Shown piece by piece: positions 24,256 to 36,959 of a DNA stretch of 64,000 bases. This DNA is from Chiloscyllium plagiosum. Taxonomy: Eukaryota. The first letter of the stretch is position 1, and the number at the start of each line of letters is the position of its first letter. A program made the translations under genes and the position numbers. Below the pieces are notes generated by a model that was given only the letters and a program-made list of their open reading frames with translations, was not told where the DNA came from and did no database searches. The stretch spans positions 27,527,899-27,591,898 of the forward strand of contig NC_057720.1 of the NCBI RefSeq assembly GCF_004010195.1, in the 5' to 3' direction.

Positions 24256-24929
24256 AGTATGGTATTCTGACAGAAAGATTTGCTTCACTCGATGACATCT
24301 GAAATAAAGTTTTCCTTTTCTCAAACATCCCATGATTTGCTCTTTTAAAGTATTGGATTCATTTCCTCCTTTCACGCCCATTCAAAGTTCATATTGAGAT
24401 TTCATCTTCTTTTTGTTTTATTATCAAGACGAGATTAAAATATGCTATTTCAAAGGATTTGTGTAGTATATAAAAATACATTTGGAATCAGACACATGAT
24501 TCTTCAGTTGACTGACTTCCTAAATGTAAATAGTCTTATGTTCACTAAACTTATAGTCGTAAATTTGTCGTCGTAAAATTTGTCGTCACACAAAAATGTG
24601 GACCTACAAATCTGTTGTCAGATTACGATGGTTTATTTCTGGAAAGTAAATTATGGAACCATGTTTGATCACTTCGTTAGATTATTGTCAAGTGAGTTCC
24701 AAAACCCAACTGTTGTAGAATTGTAGTATGATCTGCATAGGTGAAAAATATGAGCTAACTCAGTGTTTCAAGAAACTTGATAAATGCCCTATCTAATTTT
24801 GACAATAAGAATTTGTCATTTCTGAAGTTTGGAAGTATCATATTTAATCTGTACCCTCAGACCTAAGCTAATCTGGTGTCATTAGGGCTACATGGAAACC
24901 AAAACGATACACCAGGATAAACTGGAGGA

Positions 24930-27900
24930 GAGTGTTGAGTCCAGTGACCCATCTTCAGAACTGATAGTAATTAGGACAAGGTGGTATTTATGCTAATGAC
25001 AGGAGATTGAGGGAAAGGATTGATCAGATAGGTGGACACTGAACCCTGAGAGAGAGAGACAAAGTTAGACAGACAAAGAGATGATAGATAGTAAGCCAGG
25101 TAAAAAGAAAAGCTGATATAGGGGACAATGAATAGGTGAAAATGGGTTTTCTAAAAGCAGTCCATTGCCATGACCGACCCTGGGGTACAGGCCATACCAA
25201 AAATAATATAAAAAATAATTTTGTATGTTGAGTTTCTTGTAGCCCTTCTTGCCTGAGTTGAAATGTATTATTTGAATTTTTTGGCACACTTTTTGCCTAC
25301 TTTAAAATTTAATGCTCATTTGCTAATATTTCATTTGCTTTTTACATTTAATATTATCCAAGTAATATTGTAAAAGTTTTCTACTCAATTAGAATGTTAC
25401 ACTGTTACCACCTAATCGATAAGCAGTTGGTATTATTATGGATTAATAGGGTTTTGATCGATCCAGACTGGTGATTTAATTTGGACAACTTAACTCAATA
25501 AGTAAGCAGTTGAAGGATCTAAATAAACTTCTGAAATCCCTGTCTCCTCCACAGTGGGGAGACAAAACACAGACTGGGTGACTACTTTGCAGAACATTTA
25601 TGTTCTATCTGTAAATTTGGCCCCAAGCTTCCAGTTACCTGCCACTTCAACATAGTGGTGCGCTGTCTGCCAAAATTTTTGTCTTGGGCCTACTGTAATG
25701 TTCCATTGAGGTTCAGTGCATGCTGAAAGAACAGCATTCATCTTCTGCGTGGGGACCCTGCGGCCTTCAGTTATTGAAGTTCAATAACTTGGGCTGTAGA
25801 CAGGGCTTTAAATTAAATAGGGGGAGAGAGGACTCAGTTATAAGGGAAATTATAAAACCCAAAGTAAAAGAGGAGGTAAGATTGCAGAACTGAGGAGAGG
25901 TTATTAAAATCTCCAGAACAGACACAAATAGGACAGAGTGAATGGAAAGGGTTAGCAATCAAACTTCAAGCACACTGGGCAAATGAATGAGCATGAGAAG
26001 AGGGACAGTTAATACAGGACTGAAGATGTTATATCTGAATGCATGCAATATGAAGAATATGGTAAATGAGCTTGTGGCGCATATCAAAATGGCAGGAATG
26101 ATGTAGTGGGCATCACGGAGATGTGGCTTCAAGGGGATCAGGATTGGGAGTTGAATATTCAAGGATAAACATCCTATCGAAAAGATAGGCAGGTGGGCAG
26201 AGGGAGTGGGTTGCCTTATTAGAAAGAAATGAAATTAAATCAATAGTGAGAAACGAAATAGGGTCACATGGTGTAGAATTGAGGAACTGCAAAGATTTAA
26301 AAAAATATTGTTGAAGTTATGTACAGGCCTCTGAAAAGTAGTCAGGAGCTGGGGCACAAGATACACCAGGAGATAGAAAAGAATAACAATGATCATGGGG
26401 GATTTCAATATGCAGGTGGACTGGGAGAGTCAGGTTGGTGGTGGACTGTAAAAAAACGAATTTGTAGAATGTCTATGAGATGGCTTTTTGGAGTAGCTGG
26501 AGGTGGAGCCCACTAGGGAGCAGGCGATATTGGATTTAGTTTTGAGCAATGAGGCAGACTTGATAAGGGAGTTTAAATTGAAGGAACCTTCAAGAGGCAG
26601 TGATCATAATATGATTGAATTTACTGTGCAATTTGAGAGGTAGAATTTAGAATCAGAGATATCAGTATTACAGCTGAATAAAGGCAACTACAGAGGCATG
26701 AGGGAGGAGCTGGTTGGAATTGACTGGGAGAGAAGCCTCGCAGGAAAGACAGTGAAAATGCAATGGTAGGACTTTCTGGGAGTAATTTAGGAGACACGGC
26801 AGAGATACATCCCTTGGGAGGATGAGGCGATCATGGTTGATTAGGAAAGTCAGGGATAGGATAAAAGCAAATGAGAAAGCATATAATATGGCAAAGGGCG
26901 ATGGGAAACCAGAGGATTGGGAAGCTTACAAAGACCAACAGAGGGCAACAAAAAAAGAAATGAGGAGGGAGAGATTAAATATGAGGGTAAGCTACCCAGT
27001 AATACAAAGGAAAGCTGTAAGAGTTTCTTTCGATATATAAAGGGCAAAAGAGAGGCAAAACTGGACATTGAGCCACTGAAAAATGATGCTAGAGAGATAG
27101 AGTGGGGAACAAGACATGAGTAATATCCCAAAAACTCAAGAGAGTGAGGAGGCAGAGCTGAGTATGGTGGCCATCACCAAAGAGAAGGTGCTAAGAAACT
27201 GAATGGCCTGAAGGTGGATAAAGCACCTGGACCAGATGGACTACACCCTAGAGTTCTGAGGGAGGTAGCTGAAAAGATAGTGGAGGTTTAGTGGTGATCG
27301 TTCAGGAATCGCTAGAATCAGGATGGGTCCCAGAGGACTGGAAAATTGCTAACATGATACCCCTGTTTAAAAGGTGAGTAAGGCAAAAGGCAGAAAATTA
27401 CAGACCAATAACCCATCCTCGGTTGATCTTGGAATCCGTTGTGAAGGATGAGATTTCTGAATACTTGGAAGTATATGGTAAAATAAGGCAAAGTTAACAT
27501 GGTTAATCAAGGCGAGATCATGCCTGACAAATCTGCTAGAATTCTTTGAGGAAGTAACAAGCAGGTTAGACCAAGGAGATGCAATGGATGTTATCTACCT
27601 GGACTTCAAGGAGGCTTTTGACAAGGTGCTGCACAGGAGGTTACTGAGTATGATAAGGGCCCATAGTGTCAGAGGCAAGGTGCTAGCAGGGATAATAGCT
27701 TGGTTGTCTGGCAGAAAGCAGAGAGTGCGGTTAAGAGTCCTCCTCAGGATGGAAGCAGGTGTTGGGACCACAAGGCTCAGTGTTGGGACCACAATTTTTC
27801 ACTTTATACATTAACAATCTAGCTGAAGGAACTGAGGGCATTCTGGCCTTAAGGAGGCAGGGAGACTGCAGAAGGATTTGGACAGGTTTGGAGAGTGGGC

Positions 27901-29140
27901 AAAGAAATGGCAGATGGAGTACAACGTGGGAAAGTGTGAGGTCATGCACTTTGGTAGGAAGATTACAGGCATGGACTATTTTCTAAATGGGGAGAAAATT
28001 CAGAAGTCTGAAATGCAAAGAGACTTGGGAGTTCCAGACCAGGATTCTCTCAAGGTAAACCTTGCAGGTTGAATGAGATGTTAGCAAGGCAAATGTAATG
28101 ATGGCATTTATTTTGAGAGGACTTGAATATAAAAACAGGGATGTACTTCTGAGGCTCTACAAGGCTCTGGTCTGACCACGTTTGGAGTATTGTGCTCAGT
28201 TTTGTGTCCCATATCTCAGGAAGGATGTAATGGCCCTGGAACATGTTCAAAGGAGGTTCACTATAATGGTCCCTGGAATGAAAAGCTTAACTTACAAGAA
28301 ACTTTTGAGGACTTTGGGACTATACTTGATGGAATGTAGGTGGATGAGGGGGGGATCTGATTGAAACATACAGAATACTGAATGGCCTTGTCAGAGTAGA
28401 TGTTGGGAAGATGTTTCCATTGGTAGGAGAGATTAGGACTGGAGGGCTTGGCCTTAGATCAAAGGAAAGACCTTTTAGAACGGAGATAAGCAGAAACCTT
28501 TTCAGCCAGAGAGTGGTGAATCTACGGAATTCATTGCTACGGAAGACTGTGGAGGCCAGGTCATTGAGTATATTTAAGACTGAAATAGATAGGTTCTTAA
28601 GTATCAAGAGTTAGGGGGAGAAAATGGGAGAATGAGGATGAGAAACTTATTCACCATGATTGAATGGCAGAGCAGACTCGATGGGCTGAATGGCATAATT
28701 TCTGCTCCTATGTCTTACGGTCTTGTGGTCTAATTTAGAGTCTAACCACCTCCTTCCATGTCCTTTACCCGTCCCCATACCCTGAACCCTGTCATAACAT
28801 GGACTGCTTTCAGCACAGCCAACCCATTTTCACCGACTCGTTGTCCCAATTTTCAGCTTTTCTCCTTCCCTGACTTAGTATCTACCATCTCACTGTCTGT
28901 CTAACTTTCTTTTTTTCTCTCTGGGATCCATCTCATTCTATCTGATAACTCCTTTCCCCAACCTCCTGTCATCAGCATAAATACCACTTTTTCCGAGCTA
29001 CTAACAGTTCTAAAGAAGGATAACTTATAGGTTATATAAAGGTTAACTCTGCCTTTTGCTGCAGATGTTGACAGATCTGTTGAATTTCTCCACAATTTCT
29101 GCTTTTGTTTTAAACTTTCAACATCTGCAGTTCTTCATGT
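24930..29140. mobile_element. Second Penelope-like relic: inverted ~250-bp repeats (24945-25190 vs 28765-29020) and a GIY-YIG remnant (25540-25790), split by a CR1
   Basis: GETKHRLGDYFAEHL-like remnant at ~25556. The two repeat blocks are diverged reverse complements and end in family-B-like sequence. Confidence 0.7.
25795..28732 (+). mobile_element. CR1 LINE, ~2.9 kb, degenerate ORF2 (APE endonuclease to RT to 3' tail)
   Basis: YLNA/ITE.WL endonuclease remnants, MDVIYLDFKEAFDKV, PQGSVLGP, EWAKKWQMEYNVGKCEVMHFG; tail atgtcttacggtcttgtggtc. Confidence 0.93.
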
Positions 29141-30859
29141 TATTCTGAAATCTCCAAAGTTAATTTTTGGTTGACACCTTTAGCCATTAAAATAAAGTGC
29201 TGAAGATACTCAGCATCTGTGGAGAGAGAAACAAAGTTGATGTTTTGAGTACAATGACTCTTGAAACTGATGATGGCTGAAAAATAACTGCTTTCATGCA
29301 GGGTAGATTGCACATGTGGAAGAGGTGGTGAGGGTGCCCTGAGCAAAAGGACATAGGGAATTCAAATAGTAGTAAAGGAAAGATTTAGCTTCAAAATATG
29401 TGTTAATGATAGATGTGAATAATAGAAGCTAGGTCGTGCTCTGAAATTATTTAAATTGTTGTTGAGTCTTAATAGCTATCAAGTCCTTCAACAGAAAAGT
29501 GAGGTATAGTTCCTCCAGCTTGGGCTTCATTGGAATGCTGCACAGACCTCATAAGGAAATGTTTGTATGGGAGCAAGATGGTGCATTGAAATGACAAATA
29601 ACTGGAAGGAGTCCAAAGTTCTAGCCATTAGTTGCTTAATTTGGATAACGAATGACATGTTTTTCCCCATTTAATAGTTCTTCCACTTGTTCTACAGTTT
29701 TGAAGGACTCCTTAAATTTGTTTTTTCTCACAGAAAAACTTTTCATTAAAGAAACATTGTTTAAAGTGCTACAGAGAATTGAAGGATTCTTGGGTTTTAT
29801 TGCTTTGAAAGGAACACCAGGAAATTATTTTAACGATCACAATCTAATGAAATCTAGTTGTTTGTTCTTGTGTTTAGTTCTATTCATTGACACTGTTATA
29901 GCCAAAGATATGGGAGATATCATTTTTATTTGTTCTTCAATCAAAGAGGGGAACTGTATCAGGATTATATTAATTTTATTCAGCTTAATAAATGTAATTT
30001 TTACTCATTTGAAGCTACTTTCCAGATTACTTCACACCTTAGATTATATTTCAGTACATAACTTTGCCTTTGAAAAGAAGTCTTTATGCGAGACTCAAAT
30101 AAGTGTCTGGAAATTATTCAAATTGTAATAGCATCTTTATGCATATGAATGCATGGCAACGGAAATGTAGTTACAAATATGATTTGTATTCTTACATTCT
30201 TAAAAATGTCGAACAGCTGCCATCCAAAATAAACCAAAATTAATGCAAATTAAAGGCCTTGATTTGAACTTCAGATAAGTTTTCAGCAGGTGAGTGACAA
30301 GTTGACTTGGAAACTCCCTCACCACTTTAGAAATCAGGACCAAATTATTTTAACTCCTGGGTCTCGCTTAAATAATGACACTCAAGTTCCTCCCTGAAAT
30401 GGACAGAAAATCACCTGGCCGACAGGCCATCCATTAATACATGGTGAGTAACAGGCAAAGGACAGGTTGAGCAATGAGATGTTTGATTATTCAGGAATCT
30501 TTGTTTGAAAAAGGTGATCTAACATTTTAACTGCTGTAGTTGCCTGGAAAGAAAAATTGTTGGTGAAACTTCTAAGCTCTGCAAGCAGTTTATTAACTTG
30601 TATTTTCTTTCTGTTGTAACTGAATACTTTGATTTAATTGTGAAACTGCCATGAAGTAATTATAGATAGTAACAAATTGCTGTCAAATTGTTCTACAACC
30701 TGGTGATCTTCCATTAACAAACTGGAGCTTACTATAGTGCCTCTTTTTATAGCACAATTGATGTTGATCATCTGCTTTGAAAGGAAGCAAACAAAAATGA
30801 AGTTAAATATAAACTTTTTAAAAATTTATTATGAGTGCCTTTTCTTATCCCTATCTCAG

Positions 30860-31113
30860 ATCCTGTACAATGGCCAAAGCATAGAGGTTGATGGACAATC
30901 CATGCGAAAACTTATTACAAAGCTTCAGCCTGACACCGAATACTCCTTTGTGTTAACAAACCGTGGAAATAGTGCTGGTGGACTACAGCAGGTGGTATCG
31001 ATCCGAACTGCTCCTAACCTGCTGCGCACAAAACCAGTTGTGTACAGCAAAAATATCCAGGATGGCAAATTGCCAATAAATCTGCCAAAGGTGCAGACCA
31101 CATCCATTGTCAA
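30860..31113 (+). CDS. PTPRF: PTPRF exon: FN8 remainder (ILYNGQSIEVDGQSMRKLI...PKVQTTSIVK)
   Basis: ctatctCAG acceptor and GTAAGT donor; 254 nt, phase 0 to 2. ILYNGQS.EVDG.SMRKLI is PTPRF-like. Confidence 0.95.
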
Positions 31114-31657
31114 GTAAGTTGTGACCTAATTTAAGAATGAAATCACTGGATTTGTGAAATTTATATTAATATGCTAACCCATTTCTGTAGGTTTGTTTTT
31201 GTAAACTATGCGGAAAGTCTGTGAGATGGTGCAAATGATTATATCGTCACATAAACTTTGCTTGTTCTAATGACTGTGTCTGGGTCGGTGGGGATGGTTA
31301 TAAATTTAGAAAAGACCACTTCAAACAAAATGTCACATGATTGTACATGTACATTACATGATGTCACTGTCTCATCTGCATTAAGAACTAGAGTTAAATA
31401 TTTTAAACTGGAGAACTTTGTTGCCGATAAAACTTGAAATCATATTGGGATTTTAATTGCAGCATGCCTTATTAAAACAGAGACGAAAGCTGCATTCAGA
31501 CATGCGAAATTTTGGACAGGAACCTGAAATATCTCCCACAAAGGCCGGTATCCCGTCACCGAATTACCCTTTATTTACACATGCACAGTACATGACACAG
31601 AACCAGCCAGATCATAGCTGGCTTCTAGAGTGAACAGATCCACTGACACTCCTGTTT

Positions 31658-32650
31658 GTTTTTTTTTTCTTTTTTCCCCAGCACCCATGTTGTGTGTGTG
31701 CAGGTGTGAGACACAGTGAAAGACACAAGGTGTACGAATCTTTATTCAGTTTCCACCACCAGGAAGAAAGGAAACACCCAAGTGGCCAGTGACAAGCAGT
31801 GCCCTTCACATCAATGGGCAATGCTGCGTGATCAAACATTGAAGGGGAGGGCAGGGATTAATTCAAAATAGAATTGGATGGGGAAATAATACACTCCACT
31901 CCCTGCAGCGCCCACCTCTCCCTGAACAACTCCAGGATGTGGGTGGACACCGCATGCTCCTTTTCCAGAGACACCCGGGCTCTAACCTTGTGGGTGGCAC
32001 GGTGTCACAGTGGCTAGCACTGCTGCCTCACAGCGCCAGAGACCCAGATTCAATTCTTGCCTCAGGCAACTGTCTGTGTGGAGTTTGCACATTCTCCCAG
32101 TGTCTGCATGGGTTTCCTCCAGGTGCTCCGGTTTCCTCCCACAGTCCAAAAAAAATGTGCAGGTGAGGTGAATTGGCCATGCTAAATTGCCCTAGTGTTA
32201 GGTGAAGGGGTAAATGCAGAGGAATGGGTCTGGGTGGGTTGCTCTTCGGAGGGTCAGTGTGGACTTGTTGGGCTGAAGGGCCTGTTTCCACACTGTAAGT
32301 AATCTAAATCTAATCTAAATTTAATGGAACTGCGAAAGAGGGGACACTCCTGTTTGTTTATTTTTTTTTCACAAGGTGCACAAATCTTTATTCAGTTTCC
32401 ACCACCAGGAAGAAAGGAAACACCCAAGTGGCCAGTGACAAGCAGTGCCCTTGACATCAAAGGGCAATGCTGTGTGATCAAACAGTGAAGGGGAGAGCAG
32501 GAATTAAATCAAAATAGAGTTGAGGGGGAAATAATGCACTCCACACCCCGCGGTGCCCACCACTCCCTGAACAACTCCAGGGTGTTGGTGGACACCACAT
32601 GATCCTTCTCCAGAGACACCCGGGCTCTAACGTAACCGCGGAAGAGGGGG
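31658..32650 (-). mobile_element. Two tandem 3' ends of an L1/Tx1-like LINE with poly(A) tails
   Basis: 31724-31987 aligns with 32370-32631. The - strand reads PLFRGYVRARVSLEK...LELFREWWAPRGVEC. Each copy has AATAAA and a poly(A) run. Confidence 0.7.
31992..32322 (+). mobile_element. HE1-type tRNA-derived SINE
   Basis: GGGTGGCACGG..CAGTGG head, B-box-like GATTCAATTC, LINE-like 3' end and (AATCT)n tail. Confidence 0.88.
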
Positions 32651-32902
32651 CACTCCTGTTTATCTCTGTCAGCCAGGATTCCCTGATTGGACCAGGTTAA
32701 AAGCCTCAGTCAGTGAAATCCTACTGAATGAGGTCCACCTGATTAACCTTGTTCCAATCACTACAGGAATGTTACAGGACCTTTTTCTCTTCCTGCACAG
32801 TTCCTGCCAGATGTTGCAGGTTAAAACCAGCTCTCATATTGTTCAGAAAATGTGACTATCCTTTTCCGCCTTTCCATCTAATCTATAGAATCTCTCTTTT
32901 AG

Positions 32903-32993
32903 GTGGTATTTTATTGTAGTGGTACCATTTGATAGAACCCAACGTGCTGTTACAGACAAATTGCAAAATCCTGAGGAGATGGACCTTGATGAT
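32903..32993 (+). CDS. PTPRF: PTPRF exon: membrane-proximal ectodomain (WYFIVVVPFDRTQRAVTDKLQNPEEMDLDD)
   Basis: tctctcttttAG acceptor and GTAAGA donor; 91 nt, phase 2 to 0; W..IVVVP and PEE.xLD motifs. Not in the ORF track. Confidence 0.92.
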
Positions 32994-34091
32994 GTAAGAC
33001 TTTATAATCAGAATGATACCATGTATATTTAATGAAAGTTTTATGTTGCGTGTTCTGGAAATTTATTGTCATCAGTTTACATTTACAATGAGAGTTGATA
33101 AATGTGTAGAAAGCTATCTGTTTGGATAGCAAGTGGGCCAGTGCTTCATTTTATTCTTTTCTCCCCTCAACCTCAATCAAAAATTGAATGGCAATTTAGT
33201 AAATTAAATGCAGGGGCTGTTTCTCCTGAGAAAATGAGGGAAGCAATATCTAAATTGCAGCTGTACACAGGTATATATTCTTGTTCCCTTATCAATTTTT
33301 ACATAAAAGTATCTAATCTATTGATCTGAATGGAAGAAAATGCACCCAGCAATGCTCATCCGTTAGCTATCAGTTCAAATTTAGAAGCGTTTCACTCACT
33401 CACTTGTATATCAGCCCTATTCTGGAACAAATTAAATCCCCAGCAGTGATTAGTACATGAGAGAAACCCTTGTATTGTTTTGATCTTCTTAAAGCTTTAT
33501 GCAGTTTAATGTTCGAGAAAAAAATTCTTTTGTGTTCTTCATACAAAAGTTGAGAAGAATTTTGCAAATTTTATTCAGTTCATGATTAGTTCATATAAAA
33601 CTAAAATTATGAATCAGTGTTAAATATTATGGAATATAAAGAGCCACAGTAAAGAATATCCTAGGCCCTGTTTGACAATGGAGATCTCTTTCTGAAACCA
33701 TTGTATTAAAATGTACAGCTGAACCATTCTTCCATTCCATTTCCATTCTTACAGCTTTTTTTCTCTCCCTACTACTGCTATTGGCCATGGTTTCAGCAAG
33801 GTGATCTTCTAAGTTTCTGCAGTGTCTGACATATAATTGAAGAATATTAACTTCCAATCCAGCACTTTTGTCTCCCTGTTTTTGTCGTGAAACATTTGAT
33901 CTCTGGCACTTACACAGACCATTTGGCTGAGAATGGGAATTGTGTGGTCTTTTATTGGTTTAATTTTGGCAGGATGAACAGGTTATGCACTCCTACGTGT
34001 ATCACAGTAGTGCAGAATCTGTGCTTTGTTAGTCAAATCATCTAAATAAAAAATTGAAATGTTACTAAAATACATGTATGTATATGTTTAG

Positions 34092-34301
34092 CTGTTTGAA
34101 GGGATAAACCACCATCATAATATTCGGCAACGACGTCAGTCTGAGAAACCAAAGCCATATATTGCTGCCCAGCTGCAGAAACTACCAGACACATTCACAC
34201 TTGGAGATGAACAGACCTATGGAGGGTTTTACAATAAACCACTATCTCCCAACCACAGTTACCTGTGCTTTGTTTTGGCAGCATTAGAGGAGAAGGATAC
34301 A
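34092..34301 (+). CDS. PTPRF: PTPRF exon with proprotein-convertase site (LFEGINHHHNIRQRRQSEKPKPYIAAQL...CFVLAALEEKDT)
   Basis: TAG acceptor and GTAAGT donor; 210 nt, phase 0-0. RQRR at 34125-34136 is followed by the conserved KPY.AAQL..LP.TFTLGD...GFYN.PLSP. Confidence 0.94.
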
Positions 34302-34819
34302 GTAAGTATACATATAGTATTTTGGAATTTTTAGAACATTGTCATTTTCTTGAATACTTGGCTAAAATTTCCATGCTTAAGATAAACCTCTGCCTTAACT
34401 GTGTTTTTTTAATTGAAGGGATAAAGTCACTACATGGAATCCCATTGTTAGAAAATAAGAATATAAGAAACATAAGTATACCGTATGGTATATCATCGCT
34501 GCCCTCCATTCAACATAGCTGATCTTCCACTTCCCAGCACACTTTCCATAATACTTGATTCAATGATAGATCAAAACTTAGTCTATCTCAGCCTCCATTA
34601 TATGCAATAATGGGGCACCCACAACTTCTTAGGGGAGCTAATTCCAAAGTTTCACAGTAATTTGAGTCAAGAAATGTCCTCCCATCTCAGTCCTACATGA
34701 TCATACTCTTATGCCAAAGCCATATTACAATTCCCCAGTTAAGAGAAAGCAATTTCATAGTGTCTCTCCTGTTACATTCTTGTAACTTTTAAATGTTCTG
34801 CAATTTACATATGAAAGAA

Positions 34820-35078
34820 CTGAAACCAATATGTTCATTCTAAAAGATGAGAGACTTAACAAACAATCCAGGTCTTTTTCAATACATAACTTCAATTACA
34901 TCACACAGCAAAAATGCATCACAGCAAAATTCTGTGGCTTACGATCTCCACAACCACCTGATGAAGGAGCAGTGCTACGAAAGCTAGTGCTTCCAAATAA
35001 ACCTGATGGACTATAACCTGGTGTTATGTGACTTTTAACTTTGTACACCCCAGTTCAACACTGGCATCTCTAAATCAT
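34820..35078 (+). mobile_element. Penelope-type terminal fragment with hammerhead-like core (34955-34989)
   Basis: CAC-CTGATGA-A-GGAGC-agt-GCTAC-GAAA-GC-TA-GTG; palindromic AGCT stem III. Confidence 0.65.
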
Positions 35079-35206
35079 GACTGTCCAAATATGACTGAGT
35101 GGTTCAAGAAGGCAGCTCATCATCATCACCATAATCTCAAAGGCAGTTAGCAATGGACAATAAATGTTGCTTAACCATGATATCCATGAATGAACAAAAA
35201 GATGTC

Positions 35207-36230
35207 ATCGAGTCATAGAGATGTACAGCATGGAAACAGACCCTTCGGTCCAACCAGTTCATGCCGGCCAGATGTCCCAATCCAATCTAGTCCCATCTGC
35301 CAGCACCCAGCCCATATCCCTCCAAACCCTTCCTATTCACATATCCATCCAAATGCCTCTTAAATGTTGCAATTGTACCAGCCTCCACCACTTCCTTTGG
35401 CAGGTCATTCCGTACCTGTACTGCCCTGTGCATAAAAAGGTTGCCCCTTAGGTCTCTCTCATATCTTTCCCCTCTCACCCTAAACCTGTGCCCTCTAGTT
35501 CTGGACTCCCCCAGCTCAGGGAAAAGACTTTGCCTATTTATCCTATCCATGCCCCTCATAATTTTGTAAATCTCTATAAGGTCACCCCTCAGCCTCCAAC
35601 GCTCCAGGGAAAACAACCCCAGCCTGTTCAGTCTCTCCCTATAGCTCAACTTTCAAGGAGCTATGAACCTACACTCCAAGGTCTCTTTGTTCAGCAACAC
35701 TCCCTAGGACCTTTCTGTTAAGTATATAAGTCCTGCTAAGATTTGCTTTCCCAAAATCCAGCACCTCGCATTTATCTGAATAAAACTCCATCTGCCACTT
35801 CTCAGCCCATTGGCCCAACTGGTCCAGATCCTGTTGTAATCTGGGGTAACCCTCTTCGCTGTCCACTACACCTCCAATTTTGGTGTCATCTGCAAACCTA
35901 CTATCTGTACCTCTTATGCTAGCATCCAAATCATTTCTGTAAATGACAAAAAGTAGAGGGCCCAGCACCAATCCTTGTGGCACTCCACTGGTCACAGGCC
36001 TCCAGTCTGAAAAACAACCCTCCACTACCACCCTCTGTGTTCTACCTTTGAGCCAGTTTTATATCCAAATGGCTAGTTCTCCCTGTATTCCATGAGATCT
36101 AACCTTGCTAACCAGTCTCCCATGGGGAACCTTGTCAAATGCCTTACTGAAGTCCATATAGATCACATCTACCGTTCTGCCCTCATCAATCCTCTTTGTT
36201 ACTTCTTCAAAAAACTCAGTCAAGTTTGTG
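35207..36230 (-). mobile_element. Young CR1 3' fragment with an internal deletion near 35650
   Basis: ORFs 35287..35649 and 35669..36031 (SGVPQG.VLGP, FADDTK); gagtcatagag tail. Confidence 0.92.
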
Positions 36231-36959
36231 TAATAACTTTCAACAATGTTTTATAATATAAATGACAAAAAAAGCAAACATGCTGATTTTCAGTAAGTTC
36301 AATTCATACATTTTAAATCTGCTACAAGTTTGGTGTCAAATAATAAATATGAGTAACATGATACATCAAATAATTTCTATTCCCATTTCAGGATCAAGTC
36401 CTAGTGGAATTGTTAATGCTCTAAACTTTGAATCACAATGTTCTGGCCTTAATTCTTACTGCAGGACTTAACACACAAAAATTAAGGCTGGATTTCAAAC
36501 TGAAGGTGGGATCTTTGCACCCAAACCCAAATTTTGGGGAAGTAGCCTCAGACACTTAGGAAGCTCATCCTTTTTTTAAGTTTCTGGCTGATGGCCCTTT
36601 CATTTGGATGAGATTTGGGAGTCTTATGCGTCTGCAGGAGGATGTCCGATCTCATGGACTGGCTGGCAGCTGTGCAAACTGACAGTATCATGCAGGAATG
36701 GTGGCCAAAGCTGCTGTTGCCGGTAAGACAGGAAGGTGGCATTCAGCAATTGCCTCATGCATTCCAGTTAGTCTGAGATATTGCTGGCACCAGGCTGACA
36801 GGAGCAGGGATTAGATATTGGACTTGAAGAGCATAGACTTGGGAGAGGAAAATCAATGGGTGGACTTATCCCGATTGACACAGTTGCCGGCAGGGTTGTA
36901 ACTGCTGGGCTGCACGTTGGGCACAATCTTTTCCTGCGATCATTGCATTTTAATGAGAA

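Larger units (their letters stand above)
31525..32765 (-). mobile_element. Solo-LTR-like element (~31525-31657 + 32662-32765) with nested insertions; uninterrupted relative at ~44110-44305
   Basis: The - strand starts TGTAG and has CCAAT, TATA-like and AATAAA motifs in LTR order. Both halves align to the contiguous 44.1-kb copy. Confidence 0.65.

Noticed and set aside
29652..30128. 158-aa + strand ORF
   Set aside because: Low-complexity F/L/I/K translation of AT-rich intron. It has no place in the PTPRF exon chain, which joins 18306 to 30860 without a gap.
31992..32070. tRNA gene
   Set aside because: The tRNA-like head continues into SINE body and tail; several diverged copies occur in the window.
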